Program-made: the position numbers and the translations under genes
NCBI GenBank assembly: GCA_041744535.1
Contig: JBGTKR010000491.1
Location: forward strand, 1 to 51,523
Direction: 5' to 3'
Source of the DNA: Pyrinomonadaceae bacterium
Lineage (GTDB): Bacteria > Acidobacteriota > Blastocatellia > Pyrinomonadales > Pyrinomonadaceae
DNA: 51,523 nt
Notes under the pieces: generated by a model
What the model saw: the letters and a program-made list of their open reading frames with translations, nothing else
Told to the model about the DNA's origin: nothing
The model's database searches: none
Shown here: positions 34,966 to 43,304 of the stretch, in pieces
Layout of the letters: the number at the start of each line of letters is the position of its first letter
How positions within the stretch are numbered: position 1 is the stretch's first letter

Positions 34966-36285
34966 GAGCCTGTAAAACAGATTGTGTAACTGCCCGTTTT
35001 ACAAATGCGGAGCCAGTTGCTCCTCGAACTCAATGGCGAAGCGGTTCATCGCCTGTTTCCAGTTTTTGATCGGCATCGTCCATTTCTTAGATGCTGCCTG
35101 GGTCGCCAAAAAGACCAGCTTCAATGCCGATTCGTCATTCGGGAATATTTTTCTCTTTTTCGTCGCTTTTCTGATCACGGAATTTAATGACTCGATCGCA
35201 TTGGTCGTATAAATAGCTTTACGAATTTCCTCAGGATAGTCAAAGATCGTGATCAGATTTGCCCAATGGGCGTTCCACGATTTGGCGATATTCGGATATT
35301 TTTCATCCCATTTTTCGGCAAATCGCTCCAGTTCAATCCGCGCCTCTTCTTCCGAAGCCGACTTGTAAATGCTTTTCAGATCGGCAGTTACCGCCTTGTA
35401 ATCCTTCCAACTGACATATCTCAGAGAATTTCTCACCATATGAATGATGCACAATTGAACTTTTGCATTCGGATATTCGACCTCGATCGCTTCGGGAAAA
35501 CCGCTCAAGCCGTCAACACACGCGATCAGAATCTGCTCGAGTCCACGATTCTTTAGTTCGGTCAGAATCGAGAGCCAGAATTTTGCGCCTTCCGTTTCCG
35601 AAATCCACATTCCCAAAAGTTCTTTCTGTCCGTCTAAATTAACCCCCAGTGCCAGATAAACAGACTTTTTGATCACCCGTTTATCCTGCCGAATCTTCAA
35701 AACGATGCAGTCCAGATAAACGATCGGATAAACCTCGTCGAGCGGTCGGTGCTGCCACTCTCTGACCTGTTCGATTACAGCATTCGTCACCTGTGAAACA
35801 AGTCCGGCAGAGACATTTGCGCCATACATCTCTTCAAATGCTTCGACAATCTCGCGCGTCGAAAGTCCTTTGGCATACAGACACAGAATCTGCTCATCCA
35901 TCCCGGTAATCCGGGTTTGTCCTTTTTTAATGATCTCCGGTTCAAAGCTGCCTAACCGATCACGCGGAGTTTCGATTCGCACTTCGCCGTGATCGCCTTT
36001 GACGATTTTCGGCGTGGTGCCGTTACGGCTGTTTCCCGTATGATGCCCTGCCGGAGAATACGGCGGATAACCGAGATGATTTTCCATCTCGGCTCTCATG
36101 GCAGCTTCGACGGTCAGTTTGACTAATTTGGCTGATAAAGAACTCAAATCCTCGCCTGTTTTAATATCCTTAGCCAGCTCGCCGGCTAATTGCTTCAATT
36201 TCTCTTCTTGTGTCTTGTTCATTTATTTACCTCTCTTTTTAGATTAATTTTTAATGAACAGTTACACAATCTGTTTTACAGGCTC
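34966..36285 (-). mobile_element. Complete IS256-family insertion sequence (1320 bp)
   Basis: The 27-bp IRs are perfect: gagcctgtaaaacagattgtgtaactg (34966-34992) and cagttacacaatctgttttacaggctc (36259-36285). The transposase ORF is intact, and 8-bp direct repeats flank the element. Confidence 0.95.
34999..36222 (-). CDS. IS256-family transposase
   Basis: The ORF is an uninterrupted 407 aa. It contains ...EAAMRAEMENHLGY..., ...VYLDCIVLKIRQD..., ...ACVDGLSGFPEAI..., ...CIIHMVRNSL... and ...TTNAIESLNS..., the typical mutator/IS256 blocks. Confidence 0.95.
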   Translation of the reverse strand: MNKTQEEKLKQLAGELAKDIKTGEDLSSLSAKLVKLTVEAAMRAEMENHLGYPPYSPAGHHTGNSRNGTTPKIVKGDHGEVRIETPRDRLGSFEPEIIKKGQTRITGMDEQILCLYAKGLSTREIVEAFEEMYGANVSAGLVSQVTNAVIEQVREWQHRPLDEVYPIVYLDCIVLKIRQDKRVIKKSVYLALGVNLDGQKELLGMWISETEGAKFWLSILTELKNRGLEQILIACVDGLSGFPEAIEVEYPNAKVQLCIIHMVRNSLRYVSWKDYKAVTADLKSIYKSASEEEARIELERFAEKWDEKYPNIAKSWNAHWANLITIFDYPEEIRKAIYTTNAIESLNSVIRKATKKRKIFPNDESALKLVFLATQAASKKWTMPIKNWKQAMNRFAIEFEEQLAPHL

Positions 36286-36293
36286 CTTTTGAT
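36286..36293. repeat. Right copy of the 8-bp target-site duplication of the IS256 insertion
   Basis: cttttgat follows the right IR directly. Confidence 0.85.
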
Positions 36294-36355
36294 ATTTTTT
36301 GATGAAACCAAACGCAACCAACTTCTAAGCGAGGTAGTGTCCTAATAATGTGTTG

Positions 36356-36541
36356 CTACTTATTTTTGGTGTCACTTATTCTTGCTCTTAGGCTATTTGC
36401 AAGATGTGAGCGAATATAGCTTGCAAATTGGTGTCGTTCTTCTGAATCACCTTGCATTTCAGTTGCTGTATGTAGAATTGCATCTATTTCTTCGTGTATT
36501 ATTTGTCTGATTTCTTCTTTATCTTCATTACTAAGTGCCAT
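36356..36541 (-). CDS. Small acidic hypothetical protein inside the IS1-family element
   Basis: This 61-aa ORF lies downstream of the transposase. Its TAG stop is formed by the last 3 nt of the left IR (36356-36358). Confidence 0.35.
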   Translation of the reverse strand: MALSNEDKEEIRQIIHEEIDAILHTATEMQGDSEERHQFASYIRSHLANSLRARISDTKNK

Positions 36542-36564
36542 TGTTTTTCCTCTTTGTTTATTAT

Positions 36565-37536
36565 TTAGTGATCGCTATATTGCGTTAATTTATCGTATAA
36601 ATCTTCAATTTCCCAAACTGACTTTGTGATGTCAGCCGCCATCGCCGGAGTGCATCTTAAAGTTTTGTGAACTCGGCAATAATTATAATAAGCGAAATGC
36701 AGAGCAATGGCATAACCTAAGTTTTCAAACTTTTTAGAAAAGCCGTTTGTAAGGCGCGTCATTCTACGCATTGACATTCTCATTGTAAGATTTTGTCTTT
36801 CAACATAGCTTGTCGAAATTGAATCCAAGTTCGGATTTCCGGCAACAATTCTTTTTTTGATTTCAATAACTTCACTTCCTGAATATCTCACTTGTTCGGG
36901 ATTCGGTTGACCGTAAATCTTTATAACTTGTCCGTAGTCAGCTTGCGGCAAAACTTCGTTTACCGTGTGATCGTAGCCGCGCCAACCGTCTGTGGACATT
37001 TGAAAACGACCGTTTGTGTCTTTCGAGATTTCATAAATTTTTTCTAGGAAAATAAGCGCGTCTTGTTCGGTGCGTTTGCCGAGATGCCAAGCAACAATCA
37101 TTTTGGAATTGCCTTCAATACTCGTAAAAGTGTAAGTGCTTCCGACTTTATCGTTTTCATCCAAACCTTGCTTATTTGCCGTTTTTTGCTTCATTCCGAC
37201 AAACGCCCAAATTTCGTCAGCTTCCAGATTATTGATCGGCATACCTTGAACCAAATCATAATGCAGTTTTTCGCATTTCTTACCGACTTTTTCGAGAAGT
37301 CTTAAAATAGTATCGCGGTGAACATTTGCGATTCGTTCGGTTGAACGGATTGAATTGCCCTCAACTAATAATTTCAAACAAAGAATTGCTTTATCTCTCT
37401 CAAGGCGCATTTCATCAAGCGGTTTGTCGAGTTTTTCAATGTAAGTTTTTCCGCATTCCTTACACATAAATCTTTGGTTGCCATCTCTATCTTTTCCGTT
37501 TTTCTTTGGTAAGCCGTTGCAATATGGACAATTCAT
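36565..37536 (-). CDS. IS1-family transposase (fused single ORF with N-terminal zinc finger)
   Basis: MNCPYCNG...FMCKECGKTY is the zinc ribbon. The HTH is STERIANVHRDTILRLL. The DDE core begins LEADEIWAFVGMKQK. RVHKTL lies near the C-terminus. Confidence 0.8.
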   Translation of the reverse strand: MNCPYCNGLPKKNGKDRDGNQRFMCKECGKTYIEKLDKPLDEMRLERDKAILCLKLLVEGNSIRSTERIANVHRDTILRLLEKVGKKCEKLHYDLVQGMPINNLEADEIWAFVGMKQKTANKQGLDENDKVGSTYTFTSIEGNSKMIVAWHLGKRTEQDALIFLEKIYEISKDTNGRFQMSTDGWRGYDHTVNEVLPQADYGQVIKIYGQPNPEQVRYSGSEVIEIKKRIVAGNPNLDSISTSYVERQNLTMRMSMRRMTRLTNGFSKKFENLGYAIALHFAYYNYCRVHKTLRCTPAMAADITKSVWEIEDLYDKLTQYSDH

Positions 37537-37550
37537 AATTTTTATTCCTT

Positions 37551-37628
37551 TTTTGTGTTGCTGTAATGTGTATTATGCTTGTTCGGTAAGGATAAAGCAA
37601 GCATAAAATACACAAAAACAACACAAAA
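37551..37628. other. Long imperfect palindrome between the passenger genes and the transposase start
   Basis: ttttgtgttgctgtaatgtgtattatgcttg (37551-37581) faces caagcataaaatacacaaaaacaacacaaaa (37598-37628). Blocks of 9, 6 and 10 bp are complementary, separated by internal loops. Confidence 0.45.
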
Positions 37629-37818
37629 GTATGCTGTTTTGAGAGTTGATGAATTGAAAAAGCCAAATTTTACTTGACAAACTTGTAATGTTTGTTATTC
37701 TGTAAAAGATGCTTTTACCGTCACGGATGCCCTGTGCCGAAAAAGGTTTTGTAAAAGCAGCTCCATTAACAATGGAAATGAGCGCGCCCTTGAGCCAAGA
37801 TACAATCAAGGGCATTTT

Positions 37819-38295
37819 TCATTTAAATCTCTTTATTAACGTTGCGTCCTTAGTAACATTAGTTGCTAGGTATTTTTGAGTTGTAGGAAACGCAGTCTTA
37901 AACGTCCATCCGCTTGTTTTGCGATTTAGGCACACAATGTACGGTTTGTTAAAAGACAAATAATACCGCTTAACAATGCCGCTAACTGTTTTTTCCCAAC
38001 ACTCTGAGCTTGGTACACTACCTGATACAAAGCATTTTACCCATCGCATTCGCTTTACTCTAGCCACATCTATTTCTTTCTTACCATTTTCATTAAAGAA
38101 AGCGTGGTCGAACCTGTCGCTGTATATAACGATGCTTTCATCGTCGTGCGTATAAAAGTACCCTTTCGCTCCATCTTTTAAGAAAATTTTTGAAAACAGT
38201 TTGCGTCCAGCTTCTTTAATTTCATCTACAGACATTTCGCCAAAATGAAGCATAAGCGAATCTAAATCAAGTGTTTTTTTGTTTCTTCCTTCCAT
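37819..38295 (-). CDS. Hypothetical protein (passenger gene)
   Basis: This 158-aa ORF starts 9 nt after the upstream 347-aa gene. I recognised no motif. Confidence 0.55.
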   Translation of the reverse strand: MEGRNKKTLDLDSLMLHFGEMSVDEIKEAGRKLFSKIFLKDGAKGYFYTHDDESIVIYSDRFDHAFFNENGKKEIDVARVKRMRWVKCFVSGSVPSSECWEKTVSGIVKRYYLSFNKPYIVCLNRKTSGWTFKTAFPTTQKYLATNVTKDATLIKRFK

Positions 38296-38304
38296 AGGTA
38301 AAAA

Positions 38305-39348
38305 TTACTCTGCCGCATTATTTGAGGTTGATTGAATTGGTTTTGCTTCTTCACCATTCTCATATTGGTCAAAAAGTTCAATAAGTTTAAGGACGAAATT
38401 CATATCTTTGCCTGTTTTGATCTCAAACATTGTGGCATCGGTGCTTACCAAAATGGACTTTTTACTTTCTTTCAAGAATATCTTGCGAATTGCGTTTGTG
38501 GTTTCGATATTTTGAACGTTTTCTGGTTCATCGGTATTGACGGCAATTTCTGTTAGTTCGGCTTTGTCAGAATCCGGCTTTTCTTCAACCTCTTCAGTTT
38601 TTTTCTCATCCGACATTTCACCAATACCTTCCAGAACTTGTATTCGCCCATCCTGCCGTTTAGAAAATAAGCCTGCAAATTCCGCTGAAATCTTAAAATT
38701 TTCCATCCATTTTTTTGCAAAACTCTTTGGAACTACTTCCGCAAAAATATTTTTCAAAAATTCATCTTGGGGCAGAATTTTCCCCGCGAACTGGCTATAA
38801 ATTTTTTCAAAACGCCGGTAGCCTAAAAATGCCGTTTTAAGATTTATTAGTTTTTCTTCAGGTGTCTTTGGTGCAACAATCAACCTTGCCGTGTCCGTTA
38901 AAGTAAGAGAATCGGCTTTATCTTCGATCAAATTAAATTTTTTCAAAGCTGATAATTTATTTTTGAATGTCGAACTGGACGGCGAATTTTCTGTAAATTT
39001 CGATAACACATCTAAATTTACCATCCCTCCCGCATCCTCATACAATTTTAATGTAATTTCAACCGCTTCTTTTAAGGTTAATTTTGGCGGCTTACTGCCT
39101 CTAGGAACTCTTTCGACAGTTCTTATAGTAGTGTTATTCTCTATGTCATCTTCGCTGTATTCATCTTCATCTTCATCTTCGTTTTCTACCTGTGCCGTTT
39201 GCAATTCCTCAACTTTTTTCTCATTGAATGGATTGCTCTCATTAAAAAAGGCATTTGCAATTTCTTCCACATTTAGCGGATCGTTAAGCTTGATATTTTC
39301 CGCGTTTTTGTTAATTTCGTTTTCTTCTACCCAAGTCATTTTAAACAC
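38305..39348 (-). CDS. Hypothetical acidic protein (passenger gene), possibly with a wHTH-like segment
   Basis: This is a 347-aa ORF with an acidic low-complexity stretch (ENEDEDEDEYSEDD). The central part, LKEAVEITLKLYEDAGGMVNLDVLSK...LSALKKFNLIE, is reminiscent of a winged helix. Confidence 0.55.
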   Translation of the reverse strand: MFKMTWVEENEINKNAENIKLNDPLNVEEIANAFFNESNPFNEKKVEELQTAQVENEDEDEDEYSEDDIENNTTIRTVERVPRGSKPPKLTLKEAVEITLKLYEDAGGMVNLDVLSKFTENSPSSSTFKNKLSALKKFNLIEDKADSLTLTDTARLIVAPKTPEEKLINLKTAFLGYRRFEKIYSQFAGKILPQDEFLKNIFAEVVPKSFAKKWMENFKISAEFAGLFSKRQDGRIQVLEGIGEMSDEKKTEEVEEKPDSDKAELTEIAVNTDEPENVQNIETTNAIRKIFLKESKKSILVSTDATMFEIKTGKDMNFVLKLIELFDQYENGEEAKPIQSTSNNAAE

Positions 39349-39788
39349 ACTCCTACCTACAAATTTTTCTGATTTTTAAATTGATTTTGGGAAAAGAGTA
39401 TGGTAAGATTGGTAATAATTTCAAGGTAATTATTTTACCATAATAAGAGCATCAGATTTTGGTTTTTCCTGTCAGTTAAATCACGAAATCTGATGCTCTT
39501 TCCTTTTCTTAATAGTTATCTTGGCATAGTTGAATTTTTAAAACAAGAGAGAAAATATATTTTTCGTGTTCTTTAACGCAAAAATCTTTAATAAACGCGA
39601 TTTCGTTTATTAAAGATTTTATCATTTTATAGTATTTATAGGGCTTCTGTCGCTTTTTGTTTTTACAATGTGTTTATAGAAAAAAACTTAATTTGTTTAT
39701 AAAAATTACATTAAATAGTTGTTTATGGTTGTTTTGTATAACCAATCGTATATGAAATATACAACATTATTGAATGGTGGAATATATC

Positions 39789-40049
39789 TTACTCTTTTTC
39801 TCTATTCCAACGCACTTTTGCGGCTTTCTTAGCAATCGCGCTTCGTTCTTCGGCGGTCAAGGCTTCGGCGCGAGCCTTACCGCCTTTTTTGCCGCCTAAA
39901 CGACCTAATGCGACCGCCGCCGGATTCTTTTTCGGCGGCTCTTTGTCGAAATCTTCGCTTTCGGTTTCTTCGATAATGTCATCAATGAGATTTTTTGCTA
40001 AAATATTCTCATCTTTGCTTCGTTTATTTTTGCTTGAGCGGTTTTGCAT
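39789..40049 (-). CDS. Small basic protein with a KGG/ARW C-terminal motif (passenger gene)
   Basis: NPAAVALGRLGGKKGGKARAEALTAEERSAIAKKAAKVRW is a widespread small-protein motif often seen in mobile DNA. Its function is unknown. Confidence 0.55.
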   Translation of the reverse strand: MQNRSSKNKRSKDENILAKNLIDDIIEETESEDFDKEPPKKNPAAVALGRLGGKKGGKARAEALTAEERSAIAKKAAKVRWNREKE

Positions 40050-40125
40050 AATCGTAAGATTATCACAAGTAAAAATGCGTTGCCAGAACTTATTTTGCCT
40101 AGCAACACATTATTAGGACACTACC

Positions 40126-40927
40126 AGGTGAAGAAATCAAAGCCAAACTTACCGAAAAGGCTAATGAACTAACTCCGTTCTATTTAGAGAAACTTAAAAT
40201 ATTTGAAATCGTTAAACAATTGCAGGAAAAAGGCTTGACCATCAATCAAATCAGAATGCAAATAAGTCGGCATCATACGACTGTTGCCAGATGCTACCGG
40301 GCAGAAGAATTTGAAAAGACCAAACGCGAAACGGGGAGCCGATTATTGAAACCGTTTATCGAATATCTCAAAAAGCGTTGGGAAGAAGGCTGTCAAAATT
40401 CTAAACAGCTTTGTCGCGAAATCAAACTGCAGGGTTACAAAGGAAGCGATGTGACAGTGCGACGATTGACTTGTCAATGGAAAACTACAACTACTCAAAA
40501 CATTAGATTCATTAGAACGGCGCCGCCTAAATTGCCGTCCGTTAAACAAATCGTCTGGCTGTTGTTGAAATCAGAAGATAAGTTAAAGGATGAAGAAAAG
40601 GAGTTCAAACAAAAAATTATTGAGAATTCGGATGAAATCAGACAAGGGCTGACATTATTAAACAAATTCCGAACGATGGTCAGAGAAAAACAGGTTGATA
40701 AATACGAACAATGGCATCAAGAAGTCCAAAATAGATCGCTGACGGAATTTTTGAATTTTGCCAGAGGTTTGAGACGGGATAACGAAGCAGTTAAAAATGC
40801 CTTATCTGAAGAATGGAGTAACGGACAGGTCGAAGGTCAAGTGAACCGCTTGAAATTTATCAAACGAGCAATGTATGGGCGAGCAAACTTTGACCTCCTA
40901 AAAGCCAGAGTTATCCATCAATTCTAG
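40126..40927 (+). pseudogene. ISL3-family transposase, C-terminal ~265 codons only
   Basis: The open frame begins directly at the IS1-element IR. It contains LLKPFIEYLKKRWEEGCQNSKQLCREIKLQGYKGSDVTVRR. It ends with EEWSNGQVEGQVNRLKFIKRAMYGRANFDLLKARVIH, the conserved ISL3 C-terminus. The N-terminal zinc finger and DDE start are missing from the window. Confidence 0.75.
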
Positions 40928-41096
40928 GCTCACAAAACTTGAGAATTTCTCAAATTGAAAAAGGTAAAGGTCTGTGTAAAATCAGCCGTTTGCACCAAAA
41001 TTGCGGATCAACCGTTCGCGCGTAATCGGTGTTCATCTTCGCACGTAATATGCAAAATATTGGCTAAATCGTAATTTTTATATATAATCCGGTTCA

Positions 41097-41771
41097 TTAT
41101 TTAACTTGTATTGCCCGCATTGTTTTTTTTCCAATTCTTCTAAATTTATAGATTCGGTCAAATAATCCTAGAAATAGCGATGGTAAATGTGATTTCGGGC
41201 TGTTCCACTCCAAATTCAAAAATACATCTACATTATGTCTCTTTGAAAAATTATCGGCATACATTGCATAATCACTTAGCCAAGAAATTTTGTTTATATT
41301 CCCAAACTCATCAAAATTGGGGTATTCATCTTCGTATTCTTCATACTCAATATCTAACTCGTTATTACGCATAATCATTTGTTCGATATATTTTTTATAT
41401 CTTTCTTTATATCCATCTGAATTTTGATTGTTAAATTTTTCAACCAATTCACTTGTCACGCCCTTCACAAATACGATATCGCCGCCGAAAAAGATTTTTT
41501 TGCCTAACGTTTGATAGAAAATTTCCCTCGGTATTTCAAGGAAAGCTTCCGATGATTCTGACCAGAAAACGTTTGCATCTTCGTCAATATTCAATAAGCT
41601 TCGATATTTTATAGTTTCGGGACACAACCACCTTATCCCGTGCTGTAAAGAATATTTGTAAATTGTTTCATTTAGAAACGAACCTGCAAGCTCTTCAGAA
41701 CCTAAAATCAGGCTCGAGCTTCCTCCTAAAAATTCCACATTAGGGATGTATTTAGTGTTTATCTCTACCAT
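41097..41771 (-). CDS. Hypothetical protein downstream of NurA, AT-rich
   Basis: This 224-aa ORF starts 81 nt after the NurA-like stop on the same strand. It has an acidic Tyr/Glu-rich segment (DIEYEEYEDEYPNFDEF). I recognised no motif. Confidence 0.5.
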   Translation of the reverse strand: MVEINTKYIPNVEFLGGSSSLILGSEELAGSFLNETIYKYSLQHGIRWLCPETIKYRSLLNIDEDANVFWSESSEAFLEIPREIFYQTLGKKIFFGGDIVFVKGVTSELVEKFNNQNSDGYKERYKKYIEQMIMRNNELDIEYEEYEDEYPNFDEFGNINKISWLSDYAMYADNFSKRHNVDVFLNLEWNSPKSHLPSLFLGLFDRIYKFRRIGKKTMRAIQVK

Positions 41772-41852
41772 ATCGTTAGATTGCCTCCGCCAATAAATTT
41801 TGCTACTAAAAATTGATTGTTAAATTTCCTTAGAATGAAAGTTAGAAATATC

Positions 41853-43244
41853 TTATGCGAGTGCCATAATATCCCTTGAAAGACTTTCCAAAACGCGCCG
41901 CCCAAGCTTTGCCGGAATAGCAGCCTCGCCATGCGCCAAAGTTATTGGGATTAAAGCGTTCGAATAGCGCGAAGAGCCAAGCGCATCGAACAAATTCAAA
42001 GCATCGGCAAGACGAGGAAATTGTTCAGGCAAAGCCACATTCAAGTTTCGATCTTCGGGTTTCAGAAACGGAAGCGTAGCGATTATTTGCGAGCCTGTTT
42101 TAGTCCGGTAGAACAGTTTCCGCGAGAAATAATTGACATCTCCATGCGGTCGCTTATCCTTGCTAAGCACAATAAATTTGCGGATATATTCATTGGTTAA
42201 TAAAATTGCTGTTTGCGCAGGAACTTTGATGCTTCCGCGATTAACATCATAATCAGCGCAAAGCCGGTAAAAGTGATCGGCAAACGCGCCGCTCTTTTCA
42301 ATTCCGATGATTAATAAATCTTTTCCCGTTCGTTTTTTTAACTTTTCATTAATTCGCGATAATTCGCGTGATATAGATTTGCTAAGCCATCCGGGTCGCC
42401 CAAAAACAGCCAGCGGTCCATCTAAAACAATCGCCATATTTGCTAGAACTTCGAGCATATTCTGCTGTTCCAAAGACCTGATAATATGCATTAACCATAA
42501 GCGCTCGGTAACATGAATGATTTCGCCAAACGCGGTTCCATTGTCACCTGCCGAATTGAATCGTTCGTAAAGCCGCATGGCATCAGTTGAATGGTAAGGT
42601 AGCTTTAGGGGGCAACTGCAAAATTCGGTGCCTGAAATACGCGAACAAGCTGTGCGCGGCGATTCGTGCGCGCACAAATCGCCATACGGGCAACTTTCGG
42701 GCGGCACTAATGGTTTATTCGTCAGTAGTGCTTCGTAAGTGTCCAGTAAGCTTTCGCCATCTTCGAAAGCCCGCTGTTCGCGGAAAAGATCGATTACACC
42801 TCTTCGAAAACTGCTCTGGGCATCGATCTCGCCTTCGAAAATCACGTTACATCCAGCCAGCACTGTATCGGTTGCGCCGCTCGATTGGGTTTTCCGAATT
42901 TCTCGCGGATCCGCAGGGCGTACAGCATCGAGCTCCTGCAATTTTTTCAACTGCAGCAGCACATCGGTGATCGTCGTATAAGCAATTTTTGCCGATACTG
43001 ATTCATTCGAAACCGGAACTTCAACAAAACTTCCATCGATTGACAATACGAAATCCGGCAGCGCAACAGCTTTGCTTTTTCTAATAATGTCGGTTTTAAG
43101 TACCGATGTATAAATTTCTTCTTTAGTGTCTTCAATAGTTTCAGGAACAGTTAATCTATAATTTTTCAAAATTTCTTTAATGCGATTATTTTCCGATATT
43201 CGTTTTATTGAATTGTATTGTGCGAATTCGCCCTGGTATGGCAT
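41853..43244 (-). CDS. nurA: NurA-domain nuclease with a Cys-rich insert
   Basis: NurA motifs are FVLSIDGSFVEV (the DGS motif), MAIVLDGPLAVFG and IIGIEKSGAF. The insert is CPYGDLCAHESPRTACSRISGTEFCSCP. The gene starts 60 nt after the HerA stop. Confidence 0.7.
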   Translation of the reverse strand: MPYQGEFAQYNSIKRISENNRIKEILKNYRLTVPETIEDTKEEIYTSVLKTDIIRKSKAVALPDFVLSIDGSFVEVPVSNESVSAKIAYTTITDVLLQLKKLQELDAVRPADPREIRKTQSSGATDTVLAGCNVIFEGEIDAQSSFRRGVIDLFREQRAFEDGESLLDTYEALLTNKPLVPPESCPYGDLCAHESPRTACSRISGTEFCSCPLKLPYHSTDAMRLYERFNSAGDNGTAFGEIIHVTERLWLMHIIRSLEQQNMLEVLANMAIVLDGPLAVFGRPGWLSKSISRELSRINEKLKKRTGKDLLIIGIEKSGAFADHFYRLCADYDVNRGSIKVPAQTAILLTNEYIRKFIVLSKDKRPHGDVNYFSRKLFYRTKTGSQIIATLPFLKPEDRNLNVALPEQFPRLADALNLFDALGSSRYSNALIPITLAHGEAAIPAKLGRRVLESLSRDIMALA

Positions 43245-43304
43245 AAAACTTCTCCTTTTTATTAATAAATGTTTGAATTAAGAAAATGATTGTTCGTTAA
43301 TTCG

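Larger units (their letters stand above)
36333..40125 (-). mobile_element. IS1-family element (ISMhu11-like, about 3.8 kb) carrying passenger genes
   Basis: The 26-bp terminal inverted repeats are perfect: ggtagtgtcctaataatgtgttgcta (36333-36358) and tagcaacacattattaggacactacc (40100-40125). The ends begin GGTAGTG, which fits the IS1-family GGnnnTG tip as I recall it. They enclose a single-ORF IS1-type transposase and four further ORFs. No flanking direct repeat is seen. Confidence 0.7.

Noticed and set aside
37573-37815. An 80-aa ORF between the passenger genes and the IS1-type transposase.
   Set aside because: It overlaps the long imperfect palindrome, has a hydrophobic low-information sequence and has no start context. 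The region is more likely regulatory or structural DNA.
40928-41096. Candidate right end of the ISL3 remnant (tttgcaccaaaattgcggatcaacc, near 41000-41025).
   Set aside because: No matching left IR exists in the window to confirm it, and I cannot recall a specific ISL3 IR with enough certainty. The boundary is left approximate.
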